Below are positions 37,521 through 50,776 of a stretch of 64,000 nt of DNA, one piece after another. The translations under genes and the position numbers were made by a program. The notes beneath the pieces are model-generated. The model made no database searches, was not told the origin of the DNA, and was given only the letters and a program-made list of their open reading frames with translations. The stretch spans positions 84,756,001-84,820,000 of the forward strand of contig CM052817.1 of NCBI GenBank assembly GCA_028534125.1, read 5' to 3'. How positions within the stretch are numbered: position 1 is the stretch's first letter; every line of letters starts with the position of its first letter. The stretch is from Lama glama (taxonomy: Eukaryota).

Positions 37521-40500
37521 GGAAAACAAATGTTAACTCTAATCATTAATGCCCAGAAGTTTTCGGCAAACACTGTATGATCCCCACTCCATTTTTTTAT
37601 GATCAAGTTGGAGAAATTGATGTGGGAAAAGAGGAAATAACCATAGAAATGAACTGGAGGAATGTCAAAGGTTTAATTTTGTATTATTGTTAATGTTAAT
37701 CCTCTCAGGCTGTGTAAACTTTGTTCAGTTAAGTAAATACTCTGAAAGAAAAAGATTTTATATTTGCTGGGAAATTCACAGTTGCAAATGCCTGTGTGTT
37801 TTCAGTGTCCTTAGGAACCTTAGCAAATAACTAACAGATTTGCATTTTCCTTCCACCTAGAGTGAAAGGTCTCTAGGTCCCTTACTGAACAATGACATTA
37901 AATAAATACTTAGAGTACAGGAACTGAGTTGGTAGAAGGGATTTGGGCTGATCTTTGGTTTTGGAATAGATTACTCACATATACCATATCCCAGTAAAGA
38001 GAATAGAATTAAAATTACATTTATAATTATATTTGTACTCACTCCATATGCACTGTTAACATAAGGTTTTATAAATCATGAATTTTATATATTAGGCAGG
38101 TCATGTAATTTTGAAACAAATATTCAACTCAGAGTGAGGCAGACTCATGTAGTGGGAAAAAGAAAGAATCCTGATATGTAACCACTGGTAGCTTAAAAAA
38201 ATTACACTGAAAAATTCATGCATAGTGTTTTACCGCCAAATCACCCAATTTTATAGCGTATGTTTAGGGAACAGGAACACTAAATTCATCAAACTTATCT
38301 AATTTTGGATGCTCCATAAATAAATAATGAAAGAAAGTCGATAAATCCATATCTCCTTTCCACATATTTATTTACATAAAGGTACACTTTCAAGAATTTA
38401 CATAATAATTTATATGGGGAAATGTTCTGCAGAGATTTTTGTCATCAATCCTTGTCAGAGCACTTTGACTTTAGCCAGATTTATGAATTTTGTTTTACAT
38501 ATGGTAAAAAAGGAGACAGGAAGATAGTGATTTCCTGAAGGCGACAAATCAAGATACTGGAAACTTGAGTGGAAAAAATTCTTGATTTCCACTTGAAAAG
38601 AGGACATTTGAATATCAGCATTATTGAAGCCAGTGGTGTTACCAATAAGAAGGTTGAAGGACGTGATATGGTCCGTATGGTCCTGGGATGATACATAGAC
38701 ATGAGCAGAGTTTAACGGAAGGATGACCTGACTATTGTTTTATAATCTTTACTCCATGGAACAAATATTTATTTGTCTATTTCTGATTTTTAATTAGTTT
38801 TTATTTATTTAATTATTTTAAGTGTATGTTTTATATAAGTATGCAATTTTTTATTTATTTTATTCCTTAAACTAGGTTACCCAGTCTTGGGGTACAGAAA
38901 CCACCCAGTTTCTATTCTCAAATAACTGGCATCAGCTCACACGTGGTGGCAGCAAAACCTGAAAGATGAAGAGAAACTCTTGACTGGCTTCTTAAAAGCC
39001 TAGTTATGAAGTAGCTCCAGCCTCAAATATAGGGGAGTAAGAATGTCACCGCAGGTCACCACAGAGGCCCTGTCCCAATTACCCATGAAATTGAAGAGCA
39101 GGAAGCCTTTGAGATTCCCTTCAAATGGGAGCAGTGCCTTGTTCTGCTGGAGAATGCATCCACGTGGCTGGAAAAACTGCCTCAGAGTTTGCCTTGAGTA
39201 AGTCCAGTAATTGTGCTCTTTGTACAATTGTACGATTCTCCCAAAGGCATAGTGATCCTCTGAGCGAGACCACTGGGCTCCTTGGAGAGTTCTTAGAACA
39301 TTTCAGAATTTTCTACTGAAATTGTTATATAGTCTTGGCCCACTTTAGAAAATAATACAGTATATTTTTGCCTCTAAATACGTTTGATTTTCATTACATT
39401 TTCTCGGCCTGGATCCTGGAACTAGGTGACAATTTACCTCAGCAAGAGTCCACTATTTCCTTTTATGCATTGCTTCTTTGGAAAGAGGTAAAATCACTTT
39501 GCTGACAAAGTGATTTCTAAAACTTGTCTAAACGGCGTTTACTGATGCAACCAGGCTATTCTCATCTCTAATAACCTTCCCAGATTTTGCTCTTAGTATT
39601 AAATTATTTCTTTCCTTTATAACCCTCATCTAGTCTGCATGGTTTGCATTGTCTGCATTATATCTCCGGATGATCCGCTTGTTCTTTCAAGAAACAAACC
39701 TCTTCTTTTCGTTCCCTTTGTCTGATTCCTTACATTTGCACTCAGTGTCTTCTTTGCTCTTTATTTATCTAACATGAGTGATTTCTCCCTCTTTATAGGC
39801 ACAAACCGTCTTCTAAGAAGTCTAGCTTCATTAGTTAAAGCAAATGAAGAGCCCTCATTCAATCAACTATGGCTCACCACCCTGATCAATTTCTCAGTAT
39901 GACCCTACTTAGCTCCAGGAAACATTTTCACTCAGGTTTCTTAGATTTTTTTTTTTAATCTAGGGAGGAAAAAAAAGTAAAAAGTTCTCCGTTTTGAGTA
40001 TAAGCTCAGAACTGTGAGTAGAATGGTGGAAGGGAAAGGTAGGACAAAAGATTATTACACCTCTTGTGCTGACCAGTCAAGCACACACAGGGAAATCAGA
40101 CAAATGATCCTATAACCCATTGTTCACTGGGGTCGGGGAAGTGCGGTTTACGTGGGAATTCCAGAGTGACCCTTCCGTTCTTTAGAATCCTCCCTGGTCC
40201 CGTAGAGTCTAAGAGTCTTTCAATCTCAGGGCCAAGGGCTCCCCAAGTGGCTTTTCAAGGTGGGTTGGAAACCCGTTGAGTTCCTGTAACCACTCTCTTC
40301 TGTTCCAGTCTTCTTGTGATATTGGTTGTCTATGACTCAAAGTTACCTGATTTCTCCACAAATGAGCTTAGGGGCACGGGGAACAAGCTTAGATTACAAT
40401 GATTGAATGTCTACAAGACAGTCAGAACACACATACTGCAACATTGCCTACTTCCCAGCAGATCCCCAGGTATGAATTAAGTAATGGCTCTGTCTCTTTC

Positions 40501-40719
40501 TTATTATTATGAATTGGCGAGTTCTGCCACCTTAACTTTGCTTTTGATATGTGCCCAGCTTCACAAATGGAGAAGGGAGGGAAAAAAATTTATTTATAAC
40601 GCTTTTCTCCGGTAGAGGTGTCTTTTGAACCCTTGAAAGTGGGACTGGCCATTTTCATGTTAATGGGTAGAAAAGCCTGCTGAATTGAGTTTTTATGGAT
40701 AGATTTAAGGAGTATATAA

Positions 40720-41205
40720 TATCACTTTCTTGCCCAAAATCTCATGGCTTCCTGTCACACTGTGAATCCAGTCATCACCACACTACACCACCAAACACAG
40801 TCATATCCCTGACTTCTCCAATCTCATTTCTTATCACGCTTCCTTGGACATTCTTCTAAGGCTCTGTTAGTCCCATTGCTGTTCCCTGAGTGCTTGGAAT
40901 GTGATTCTGTCTCAGAGTCTCTGCGCTTGTTATTCCCTCTTCTTGGAACACTTTTCTTCCAAATATTTATTACCTCATGTCTCTCACCAACTGTCACCTC
41001 CTAGAAGAGGCTTTCCTGATCACTTTATTTAAAATAGCATGCTCACATAGCTTTTGTTTCCTCATAGTCCTTATCATTCATTAGCTGAGGTTATATGATA
41101 TAAACCATCAGTGCAGGGACCTTATTTCTATTCACACTGCCACATTCCTCAACATCTACAGCAATGCCTGGCTCATAGGAGCCAGTCAATAAGTATTAAC
41201 TAATT
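40720..41205 (+). mobile_element. L2 3' portion
   Basis: gtcacctcctagaagaggctttcctgatcac...gcaatgcctggctcatagga...caataagtatt. Confidence 0.75.
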
Positions 41206-42789
41206 TATGTTTAATATAGTCACTATATTAATTACTACTGTGACTCATAAATGGGCTATGGTTGCAGCTGGTACTGCCTTAGAAATGCCACCCCTTGGCC
41301 CTGAGAGTGATGATGGAATGAGGACTTGGATACCTATGGAGGATATAAAGAGCAGATTTCACTATAGCATGGTTTTTACAATCCAAAACTGTAGAGAATA
41401 TTAAGGCAAAATATGACATGTGGGCTTAATTCATTCAGGAAAAACCATCAAGGAGACGCATCTTTAGTCAACTATGACCTGTCATCCATTGAAATAAGTT
41501 TGCATTGATGTATTGTCTTTAACAACAAAGTCATCTGAAATGTGGGTGGCATACCTCAGTGACAGATTTCTTTACCTTCTCCGATCAGGAATGAATAATT
41601 ACTAAGATGAGTAATTTTCCATCCTACTATGATGTTATAGGGGAAAAAATGACTTACTTCTGTTTGTGGGCTCTCTGCCTTTATGCATTCAGACCAAGAG
41701 ACAGGTTTAAGAGTCATTTACCATGGAAGGTGTCCCAATTTTTTATTGAGAATCAGAAAGTTTAAGATTAGTACATATTATACTCAAATGGATCCACAAC
41801 CAGAGAAACTTGGTAACATTTATTTAAAAATCAACAGAGACTACTGTAATAGCAAATAAGCTTAGAAAGCTGGCCCATAGGTTTTCTAGTCCATGCATTC
41901 AATGACCCCTTTCTTTGTGCTTGGATGGGAGGTCTAGATGCCCATTAACATCTACTTTGAGGTAAGGGAAAAAGAAGGCAGGCAGGGATGGCTGCTGTCA
42001 ACATAATAGTCTCAAACAGAAAAAATGTTCTCACATCCAGCTAAAGTCCTAGGAATTGCAGACTGGAAATTACTTAGTCAAAATTGACCTCTTTTTGACA
42101 TAGTTTGAGTTGCTGTACCATACTGCCCATCTGGCACCACAGCCATGCTCATGCAGTGGTAGCAGGTAGAACAGGAAAAGCTGTCCTGCACCACAGAGTG
42201 TCCCATGGATTTAAACACATCAAAATTTCTTTTGATATTCTGAAACAAATTTAATTTGGTTAAATACAAGCTGCAAATGGTATAACTGATTTAAAAAGAA
42301 ATATTATAACTTGTATCCTTTTCAATGGTAAGAAATTTTTACTTTGACCATGAACTCCATCTCAGTAACAACATTAAACTGTCACATGTAAATTTCAATT
42401 AGATCCCAATTTTGAGTAATAAACATGGCTTTTTATATATTTGAGGAAAAAACCCTTTATTTCTGTGAATTGCCGTCTGCATTGCATCCCAGCAGGTCCA
42501 ACATTGTTTTGGTCTTTTTCCTTCCGTTGCAGCTGTACTCCATATCCTTAAGGTTGGGAACATAAAGCCTGCAATCAGCTCATTAGTGGATTTGGTCATT
42601 ATGCTCAAATTATACATTAATTTTACCTGAATTACTTGAAGCTAAGTAACAAAAAAACCGCCTCAATATCTGCTGCCTTAAAGGTTATTGAATTCAATCG
42701 TATTGAGATAATAGTTTTAAATTAACATTTATATTGAACTTTACAGATATGCAGTTCTTAAATTACTGAAACTGGTTATTCACATCATA

Positions 42790-43250
42790 GAAATGGCATC
42801 CCAACTAGATCTTCTTGCCTCCAGCCTTTCTTTTCTCTCTCTCCATTCATTAACTTGTCGTTAAAATTGTTCCTCTAAGTCACAGTTGGGTGTATGTCTT
42901 CTTGCTTGGAAACCTGAGATGACAGCTTCCAAATTACAGAATTAAGTTGAAATCCCTTTGCTCAGTGTTCAAGGCTATTTATAATCTTAAATCAACGTAC
43001 CTGTTTTGACTTCACCCCCTGCATGCACTCGGCTTCTCCCACATCTACCTTCTGCACTCTGAACTTAACTAATAAACAATAACTTTCAGTCATGTACACA
43101 CACACTGTCATGTCTCTGGAATTGTGTTCATGCTTTTTGCTCTGTCTGAAATGAGCTTCCTCCTCTTCATTTGGTTAAACCCAACTCAACCAAATATATC
43201 AGTCACCTCCTTTGTGCAGCTTAGTCCAAACTTCTACTCTTTTCCTTACC
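42790..43250 (+). mobile_element. Degraded L2
   Basis: tcccaactagatcttcttgcctccag...ttcatgctttttgctctgtctgaaatg...gtcacctcct. Confidence 0.6.
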
Positions 43251-43639
43251 TCAGAAAGAAATTATGATGGTCTTCTGCCAGTTTCAGCATAAAGAGAGGT
43301 TGTTACTGAAAAGGAATAATATAGTAAATTACCAGTTAAGCTATTAAATATCTTAGGGGATTCTATTTATTTTAGACTGAAAAGATGTCATCAAAGGCTT
43401 ATGTGTAAAACCTATGCTCTTTTATTCATGTTAATAGAACATGTCCCATAGGATTGTTCATGTTGGCTGGGCTGTTGACCCTGTGAATCACATAAACTGC
43501 AATGCCTACCCGTTCATAAAGAGGTCATTCACATAGAATACTGAGAGCCTGTTGCTAGGCTGGGTCTGGTTGGCCTCATTTCCTTAGAAAAGGACTTAGC
43601 TGTTGCCCTGATCTCACAGACCCATTCTCATCTACCCCT

Positions 43640-44240
43640 TTGCCAGTGCAGAGGAAATTAAGTGTGATATGTGCTATGATGGAGGAAGCAACAAGATACA
43701 GTGGGATGGTTTTAAGGGGTTAGGGAGAGCTTCCAGAAGGAAGGATCATTAACTTGAGACTTGAAGTAGGAGTCAGTTTAACAGTAAGTAAAAATGTTAG
43801 GCAACAGGAAGGAGTGACTCTCAGTGAGAAGCAGGAGAGCTGGAGGTAAAGGACCACAGAGGCACAAGTAATTCAGTGCGGCCGTCGCAGTGAGCGTAGG
43901 GGCGCGTGTGTGAATGTGGATTCTCCTGGGGAGAGAACACGGCAACAGAAGAGACCAAATGTTCTAAGGAAGTTCAGTTCAATAGTCACATACTTTTTCT
44001 AAAAGTAGGTTTTAAACATCAGTGTTTTCCTTACCTGTGTTAAATAACATTTAACGAGTGCCTACTATGTGCACGGCTCTGTGTTAAGTGCTGTGAGGAA
44101 CAAAGAATTTTGTGATCTTATAATAGTATAAGAGAGATAAAACCCACATGCAAATAATTATCATACAAGGTAGAAAGTTGTTAAGTACCATATGAGGAAT
44201 AAAAATAAAATGCTAAGTGAGTTCAGAGGAGAGAGAATTC
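43640..44240 (-). mobile_element. Two reverse-strand L2 fragments (~43640-43915, ~44035-44240)
   Basis: agggagagcttccagaagga...ttgagacttgaag; acatttaacgagtgcctactatgtgc. Confidence 0.6.
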
Positions 44241-45164
44241 ACACATTTATGTGTGGCTGACCTATTTCTACTAACACTGTGATAATCTTAGCTATGTGGC
44301 TCATTGTGACCATGGTGACGTTAATTTTGCAACTACTTTGACCTTCTGTAGGGGACAGTCTTTATAAAAACACCCTATTTATAATACAAACTTGGTCCAA
44401 CCACTGAGTGTCTGCAGGCTAATGATATGGTATCAAAGCCGGAGAGTTAAAGAGTGGGTTTAAGCTCTAGATGAGAGGAAGTAACAGAAATGGAGGCTTA
44501 ATATTAATCAAATGTGGGGGCTGTAACTGTTAAGTGTGAGCCAATGTGGAGTTTCAATTACTGGCAATGGGCAAAGGGAAGAGTTGAGAAAATTGGAAAG
44601 CATAAGTAGTGTACAAATGATAGCCTTTTTGTCTGGGTATGGTTGATGATACTCTACCCACGGAGGAAGTAAGTTTACTATGTGAAGAGACATCCTTCTC
44701 TTCACTGTAAGACACCTTGTATGCACCCACTCTGTGCAGACACCACCAAACTAGAGGGTCTGTGCCCCATCAAGAGACCCATGTGCATAGCTGGGGGTGG
44801 TCAGCTTCCGCCTTCCCAGGCACGTGCAGAGTCAGCTTTACTGGTTGGTGAGCCCAAATTTGCCAGGCCTGGTAAGTGGAGGTCACAATGCACCAGATCA
44901 AAAGATTGGCATTAGTTCTCAGCTCTGAGGTCAGTTTTGTGCGTACTGAACTGGGATCATTTCTTCTAAATCCTGCTGAACTTGCCTGGCCTCTAAAATT
45001 AAATTTCATACCCTTCCATCCTTAGGCAGATTGTGCTATCTTGTCAGCAGAAATAATTATTACTTTCCACTCCCTGGAAATAATAGTGATCAGAGCCAAT
45101 GTCTTGTACTTAAATTGGAGCTCTCAACAAACATTTATAAAAGGCAAACAAAGCAAATGCAACA

Positions 45165-45350
45165 CAGTGTAAGAGCTCCAGACTTAGGACTGGAATCCCC
45201 ATTCAATTGCTTGGTAATCATGTCACTAGGGAAGACCAGTGTATCTCTTTGGGTCTCTATTTAATCATCTGCAAAATGGATTGTTCTGGGATTAAATGTA
45301 ATATATACATAAGGCTTAAAATGCTGCACAGGATAGGGTATTATTTATTG
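45165..45350 (+). mobile_element. MIR
   Basis: ctctttgggtctctatttaatcatctgcaaaatgga...gggattaaatg. Confidence 0.6.
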
Positions 45351-48300
45351 AAGACCAATGGTTCTTGTTATTGAGAAATGCTTTTGCTTTTTCCCCAGTT
45401 TTATGCACGTAGATATTATTATAGCTGTTCAGTCTATAGATCAAAGTAAAGACTCCATTCTTCCAGGCATGCAGTTGGAGACATTTCTGTAGAGTGTAGA
45501 TGAGTGTGATTTCATCTACCTTTTCAAGGGTACATGCTTGCAAGCTCATTAAGGAAGTGGTCATCTTGTTAAATTCAGTCAGCTGAAAATGAACCTTTTA
45601 TTCCTTTTCTAAATGGTATATTATTCCATCAAATCCATTTTCATACATTTCACGTAGAACATAAACATTTAAGTGAAAGAACATTTCAGAAAATAGAAAA
45701 AAGGACAGGATAGTAATTATAACCAAACTTTCCTTGTGCTGACAACAGCCAACTCATTTATTAAGTCAATGTAGTCAAGTAACACAGCAACATCACACTT
45801 GATTGAAATCTTGGCCAAGTCTGACAGATGTTCTCTACTCATTGTCAATCTCAAGTATGCTTTAATGAGTTTCAAGTGGCTGGAGCTCCCTCTGCAGATG
45901 CCACTGTTGTAGAGATTGTGAACAGATTCTTCAGGGCAATGGGTTTTGTGTTTAGTAAGTGGTGCATGGTAGGTAACGGGTAGAAATCATTGCTGGAAAT
46001 GCAGTCACAACTCTGGAAACAGCAGCTCTCAGTCTGCAATTGATGAGCTTCCTTCAAATCAGTTAAATTCAGAATAGTGCCCCAAAGCTATATTGTGTGT
46101 GTATAACATCTCTGCTCTAAAAAGTTGATAAGAGTATTTCAAAACCTCCATCTCTTTGGAGATTTAAGAAGATTCCCACTTTAGGAGACTCATTAAAGCC
46201 ATAGAAACATTAAAAATTTGCTCTGGTGCTTTTCTTTACCATTGTTCCTCAATGAAATTGCAACATCTGAAGATGAGAGAGAGAAGTAATGCTAACAAAG
46301 TCATTCCTATTTACTTGTACGTATTTCTAGTAGGTTCAGCATAAGGTTTTAGTGGCTTTAAAAAAAAAAACAGTTTTCAGAGATATAGTTTGATATTTCT
46401 ACTTGTTTATAGATCTGCTCGTTTCACTTCAAAAATTATTACCTGTGCAGAGAAAGTCCATGAGAATGATACTTTCTTTGGTCAATCTCTATCTCAAACG
46501 AATAGTTTACATATTTTGTATACTGTGCCATAAAAATGAATATAGCTTAACTGCTGTGGTGTATTAGTTTTTCCCAGATGAGGATAAATCTACTTCCTAT
46601 TACTAGTCTCTCTGATTTAAATGTAATAGTTCATTCTTTTTTTCCCTCATTCTTCTTTATACATGAGATATAAACCTTTTAATGATCTAAAGTGTCTTTA
46701 CATAGTGGTCTGAACAATTCTTAAGAAATTTATTTGGTCTTATGATGCAGCAATTGTATAAGAGCAGAGAAACTTGAGAGAGGTGTAAACCTCACTGTAA
46801 GTCAGAGGAGATGTTTTGAAGTCCTAATTTCATTTATCCAACACACTGTCTAAAGCAAATGAAATTTGCAAATATTATAGGAGTGCTCTGTCAGACTTTT
46901 GCTATTTACCGCTTTTCATGTTTCATGCTTGATTTAAAACCCAAAGCCTGTCAGAAAGCCAGATGGCAAGTAAGGACATTTAGCTACTGCAAGGCAGGAA
47001 AGGATTTCCTTGTTTCTGAAAAGGTGTAGGGTGAGTAGAACACCACTGCCCTGAGTGTCTTCTGAGGAGTGATGACAGAGTTTCTGTAAGAAGATGGTTT
47101 CTTAAAAAATATTTCTTTATTATTATCTGTTAGGTTTCTATAGCTCCATCCCTGCCAGTTTCCAGAGCCTGGCTGCTGCATACAGCAATTAGTTTGTGCC
47201 GGAGAGCAAATGAGTAGCAAGAGAAATCTCTGGGTTGAAATGCAGTGTGTGACAAACACAGTGGAATCTGAAAGAGCTGCTTGTTAGTTAGAAATCAGTC
47301 ATGGGCTGCCCCCAGGGTGTAGGAGTAGTAAATTTAGATTATTCTTTCTCATCTTTCTTTGGGGCAGCCTTGCCCTTCTCCCAGGCATGGCATGCCCTCT
47401 GGGGAGTTGTTAATGGCACTGCCAAAAGAATACCAAGTTTAAATGGAACACCAACTGAGCAGAAATTCTTTGTGGCTTCGAAAGGCAATCAATAAGGTGG
47501 GTATGGAGGCTGGGAGGGGACCTTTCTTCTCTCCCAAAGAGAAGAGCAGTAGGGGGTGAGGTCCCTCATTGTAATCTGACTACCGAGTGCAAAGATGGTG
47601 GGTTGATTGAAGGTGTGTAAATAGACCATAGAATCTGTTAATTTAGGAGTGCCTATTTGTACATGCTCATTCAAATGTAAAGCTGAAAGGTGGCTTAGAT
47701 CAACTCTAATATTTAAAGTTATTGTTTACCAAAGCAGCATTCCAGTGCCCTTGGCATTCTTATAAATTGTGGGCAGGATGCATGGGCTGAAAAATTCAGC
47801 CTCTGAAAAAGTGCAGCTTTGAAGCTGTAAAAAGCCACTAACTGCCTTAGCTGATTACATAGCAGGCTCTTTAGACGGCCAATCTCCCGGCAGGAATCCC
47901 AGCCACACGTTTTCCTATTTATTTTTGCTGAAACTCTACCATGGATTTTAAGTTAAAAGAAAAAGTAAACATGCAAGCATTTGTTTAAGAAGAATCTGGA
48001 ACCTCTCTGATATGCTATGTGAACTGAGAAAAACCGGTGTGGTGGGTTATTGTATGCACCAGCTGTAACCACTTCAGCTGGAGAGCACTTTATATTCTTC
48101 TTTAAGGCAGCAATTGGTAAGTATATTTTCTGCCTGTAATCAATAGCTTTTATACTCAACGTAATATTTCTAAACAAAAAGAAATATTACGTTGAGTATA
48201 AAAGCCATTGATCGCAGGGAGCAAACGTCTTTTCCACATGCCACTCCACATGACTGAATATACCAAACTTCTGTAGTGCTACCAGTGTGACAAACGCTAC

Positions 48301-48529
48301 TGTCATTAATTGGTTTGTCCATTTTTGCGAACCAAGAAAGAAAAGAAATCTCACTACCAAATTTGCAATGAAACTTGCCAACCCTTTTAAGCCAGGACCC
48401 AACAAGGGTCCTCCTGTCCAGTGTCCTTCAAGCCAAAAGAATGAGACTGAGTTCACTTCAGAAGCAAAGGAAAGGTTTATTCTTTGATCAAGGAATGGAG
48501 AGGTTCCAGCTTGCTCCCTAGAGCACACA

Positions 48530-48790
48530 CCCCCCGTGAAAGGCCGTGGGCGGGGCTGGCTTCCCGGGAGCGGGGAGGGGGCGGAGCTCTCGCCTGCCCC
48601 GCGCAGCCGCACTGCCCTGGCTGGAGGTCCCGTGCCCGCGCTGCGGCTGCACGGGGCGGTGCCGCCGCCATCTTGAGGTGCAGTGTCGCGCTGTGCGCTT
48701 CCGCGCGCGGTCAGCAGGCTGAAGTGTCGGCGCCCGCGTTTGCACTAGGAACTTTGGTGTGAAGAGCTGGAGGCAGGGCCTCGGTATGTG
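48530..48790. promoter_or_regulatory. Compact CpG island / candidate promoter
   Basis: About 30 CpG counted in ~250 bp against a CpG-depleted background. GC boxes at ~48548, ~48577, ~48653. YY1 motif gccgccatcttg at 48664-48675. ETS core cttccg at ~48698. Confidence 0.85.
48640..48783 (+). ncRNA. Putative first exon (non-coding or 5' UTR); start approximate
   Basis: Donor TCG|GTATGT at 48783/48784, at the 3' edge of the CpG island. Confidence 0.45.
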
Positions 48791-49019
48791 GCACCCTATG
48801 AGCAGGGGAAACTAGACGAAGCACAAAGGAAAAGAAAAAGAAAGGTTAGATTTCTTTTATTACCCAGATTCTATTTTTATTTCCCAGGAATTGTTATTGG
48901 ACTTTGCTGGTGTCAAAACCATGACTTGTAAAGAAAAAAGATGTCATGAATGTGATATAAACCAGAAAATACAATTTGAGGTTTTTTTCTAGAAGTAGTG
49001 ATGAGTTTTCACATGTATA

Positions 49020-49024
<5 letters not shown>

Positions 49025-49050
<26 letters not shown>
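49025..49050. repeat. (GT)n microsatellite
   Basis: Direct reading. Confidence 0.95.
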
Positions 49051-49057
<7 letters not shown>

Positions 49058-50660
49058 AATCGCATGGAACCACACTTCCCTGGTCTTCTCCATGACTGAT
49101 ACGAATTGAAATCCCCATTACAGCTATATCAATATCTGCACACCATCTCACCCTGTCATATATATATGGCATATACATGACACAGACACACATATATTTA
49201 TACTGACTTACATTCTTTTACTCCCTTATCTCCTGGTCTTTCACATGACTAAGGAGAAAGATTTCCAAAGTAGCTGATTCTTATCAGCAATATGGCCTCT
49301 GTAAAAGCAGACTCTCTCATGTTATAGCATTTATTTTTTTAGTTTAGTATCACTGGCCAATGTGTACAGATGGGGCTCCTGGCTAAGTTGGTATATGATA
49401 TGCAATCCATCTTAGCTTGTTGAGCTCAAAGCTTCATCTACCTGGAGGAGGAACACCCTTTTTTCACCTATGTGAAGATGCCATGGCAGAGATGTGTTTT
49501 TGTAAAAGGGGAAATGTTCTGATTTGAACAACACCAGTTTATGATCTAGCAATGAACTTGCTTGTACCATGACCTATGAATTTAGCTGATGAATTAGGTA
49601 CTAGTATTTTTCATACAAATTCGTAAAAAATGATAATTTGTGGGTGATGAAGAATCCGACACAATGGATTATTTTCAAACAGAAACAATAATGAAAAGTT
49701 ATGAAACTTTGTAAAATGTAGCTAAGCCAATAAAAGGGGGAATTCAGATGTCACCAAAGAGAAATGGTATAACCAAGAATCTTTGAGTTAGAAATTTAAA
49801 ATATAATTCAACCAATTTTACATCATAGATTCCATCATATTGACCACTATATACATAATGAGAGAAATCATTATAGAAATTTATTTCTCCAGATTTGAGG
49901 CTTTGGAAATATATTCTGAAATACAAATATGTAGGGGTCATATAGATTAGAATGGGGATTTTTTTTCCTTATACAAATAGGTAGATGAAAGTTAGGTTAA
50001 CTATGTATTATTTTAAATGGCTCTATACCAACAATATGAACCACTGGTCTTTAATCTTAAAATACAAAATAATATGGAAAACTTTAAATAGCCTCAATTT
50101 TGTACTTTGCTTTACATATGGAGTCCCCAAACTAAATGAAGTTCCTTATAAACAGCTAGTAGCTTGTGGGAGATAAGCTGGCCATCTTGAAATTTCCCCC
50201 ATCAACAGGATTTTTATTTCTGGGTTCACCATCTCAAAGGCAGGTTCAGTGAAGGCACTAGGGACCAAAGAAGAAGAGACATCAAATAACCTCCCACCAT
50301 GAAAGCTGTTCCCTCTAAGAGGGGCTACAGAGGAGAGAAGACAGCTCTCTGATTTTACTCAGTACATAAATAGAAGAATTCAGGCTTCAAAAGAGACCAC
50401 CTGCTACCCTTTATAGGTGCTAAGAAATACCAAAATTATAAGTACAAGAAGTATGATACTCTAAATAGAGAAGGGAAAAGAATGGTAATGAACTTTCAGA
50501 ACAGACAACAGGATTGCACTGGTTGCTGTTAAAAAAACACAACTACAGTCAGAGAAGCATTTTCCCAAACTGTACAGGGAGGGATGCCATAGTGCTCCAG
50601 GGTAATGCTTTTAACTTGTAATGAGGCATTGTTAAAAATATTCCTTTTTTGTGTCTACAG

Positions 50661-50776
50661 GTCTGAGGGATCACTCATCATAACATGCACTGCTTTTTTT
50701 TGTGTGATTGTGTGTGTGTGTGTGTTGGAGGAAAATTCATTTATTTCATTATGTTTCATTCCCGAGGGGAAGCCAG
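50661..50776 (+). ncRNA. Putative internal exon, 116 bp (lncRNA or 5' UTR)
   Basis: Acceptor ttccttttttgtgtctacag|G and donor CAG|GTAAGA, both near consensus, 1.9 kb downstream of the CpG island. Confidence 0.55.

Noticed and set aside
38422..38690. Protein-like frame (MFCRDFCHQSLSEHFDFSQIYEF...KILDFHLKRGHL) with two internal TGA stops
   Set aside because: No family recognised and compatible with chance. A tBLASTn/BLASTX hit would be needed to call a pseudogene or viral fossil.
39491..39516. 11-bp perfect hairpin aaatcactttg-ctga-caaagtgattt
   Set aside because: One such stem is not surprising in 64 kb of AT-rich DNA, and it is too short for a pre-miRNA.
48187..48762. Several overlapping ORFs at the CpG island as CDS
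   Set aside because: Stop-codon scarcity in GC-rich DNA explains them; no recognisable homology.
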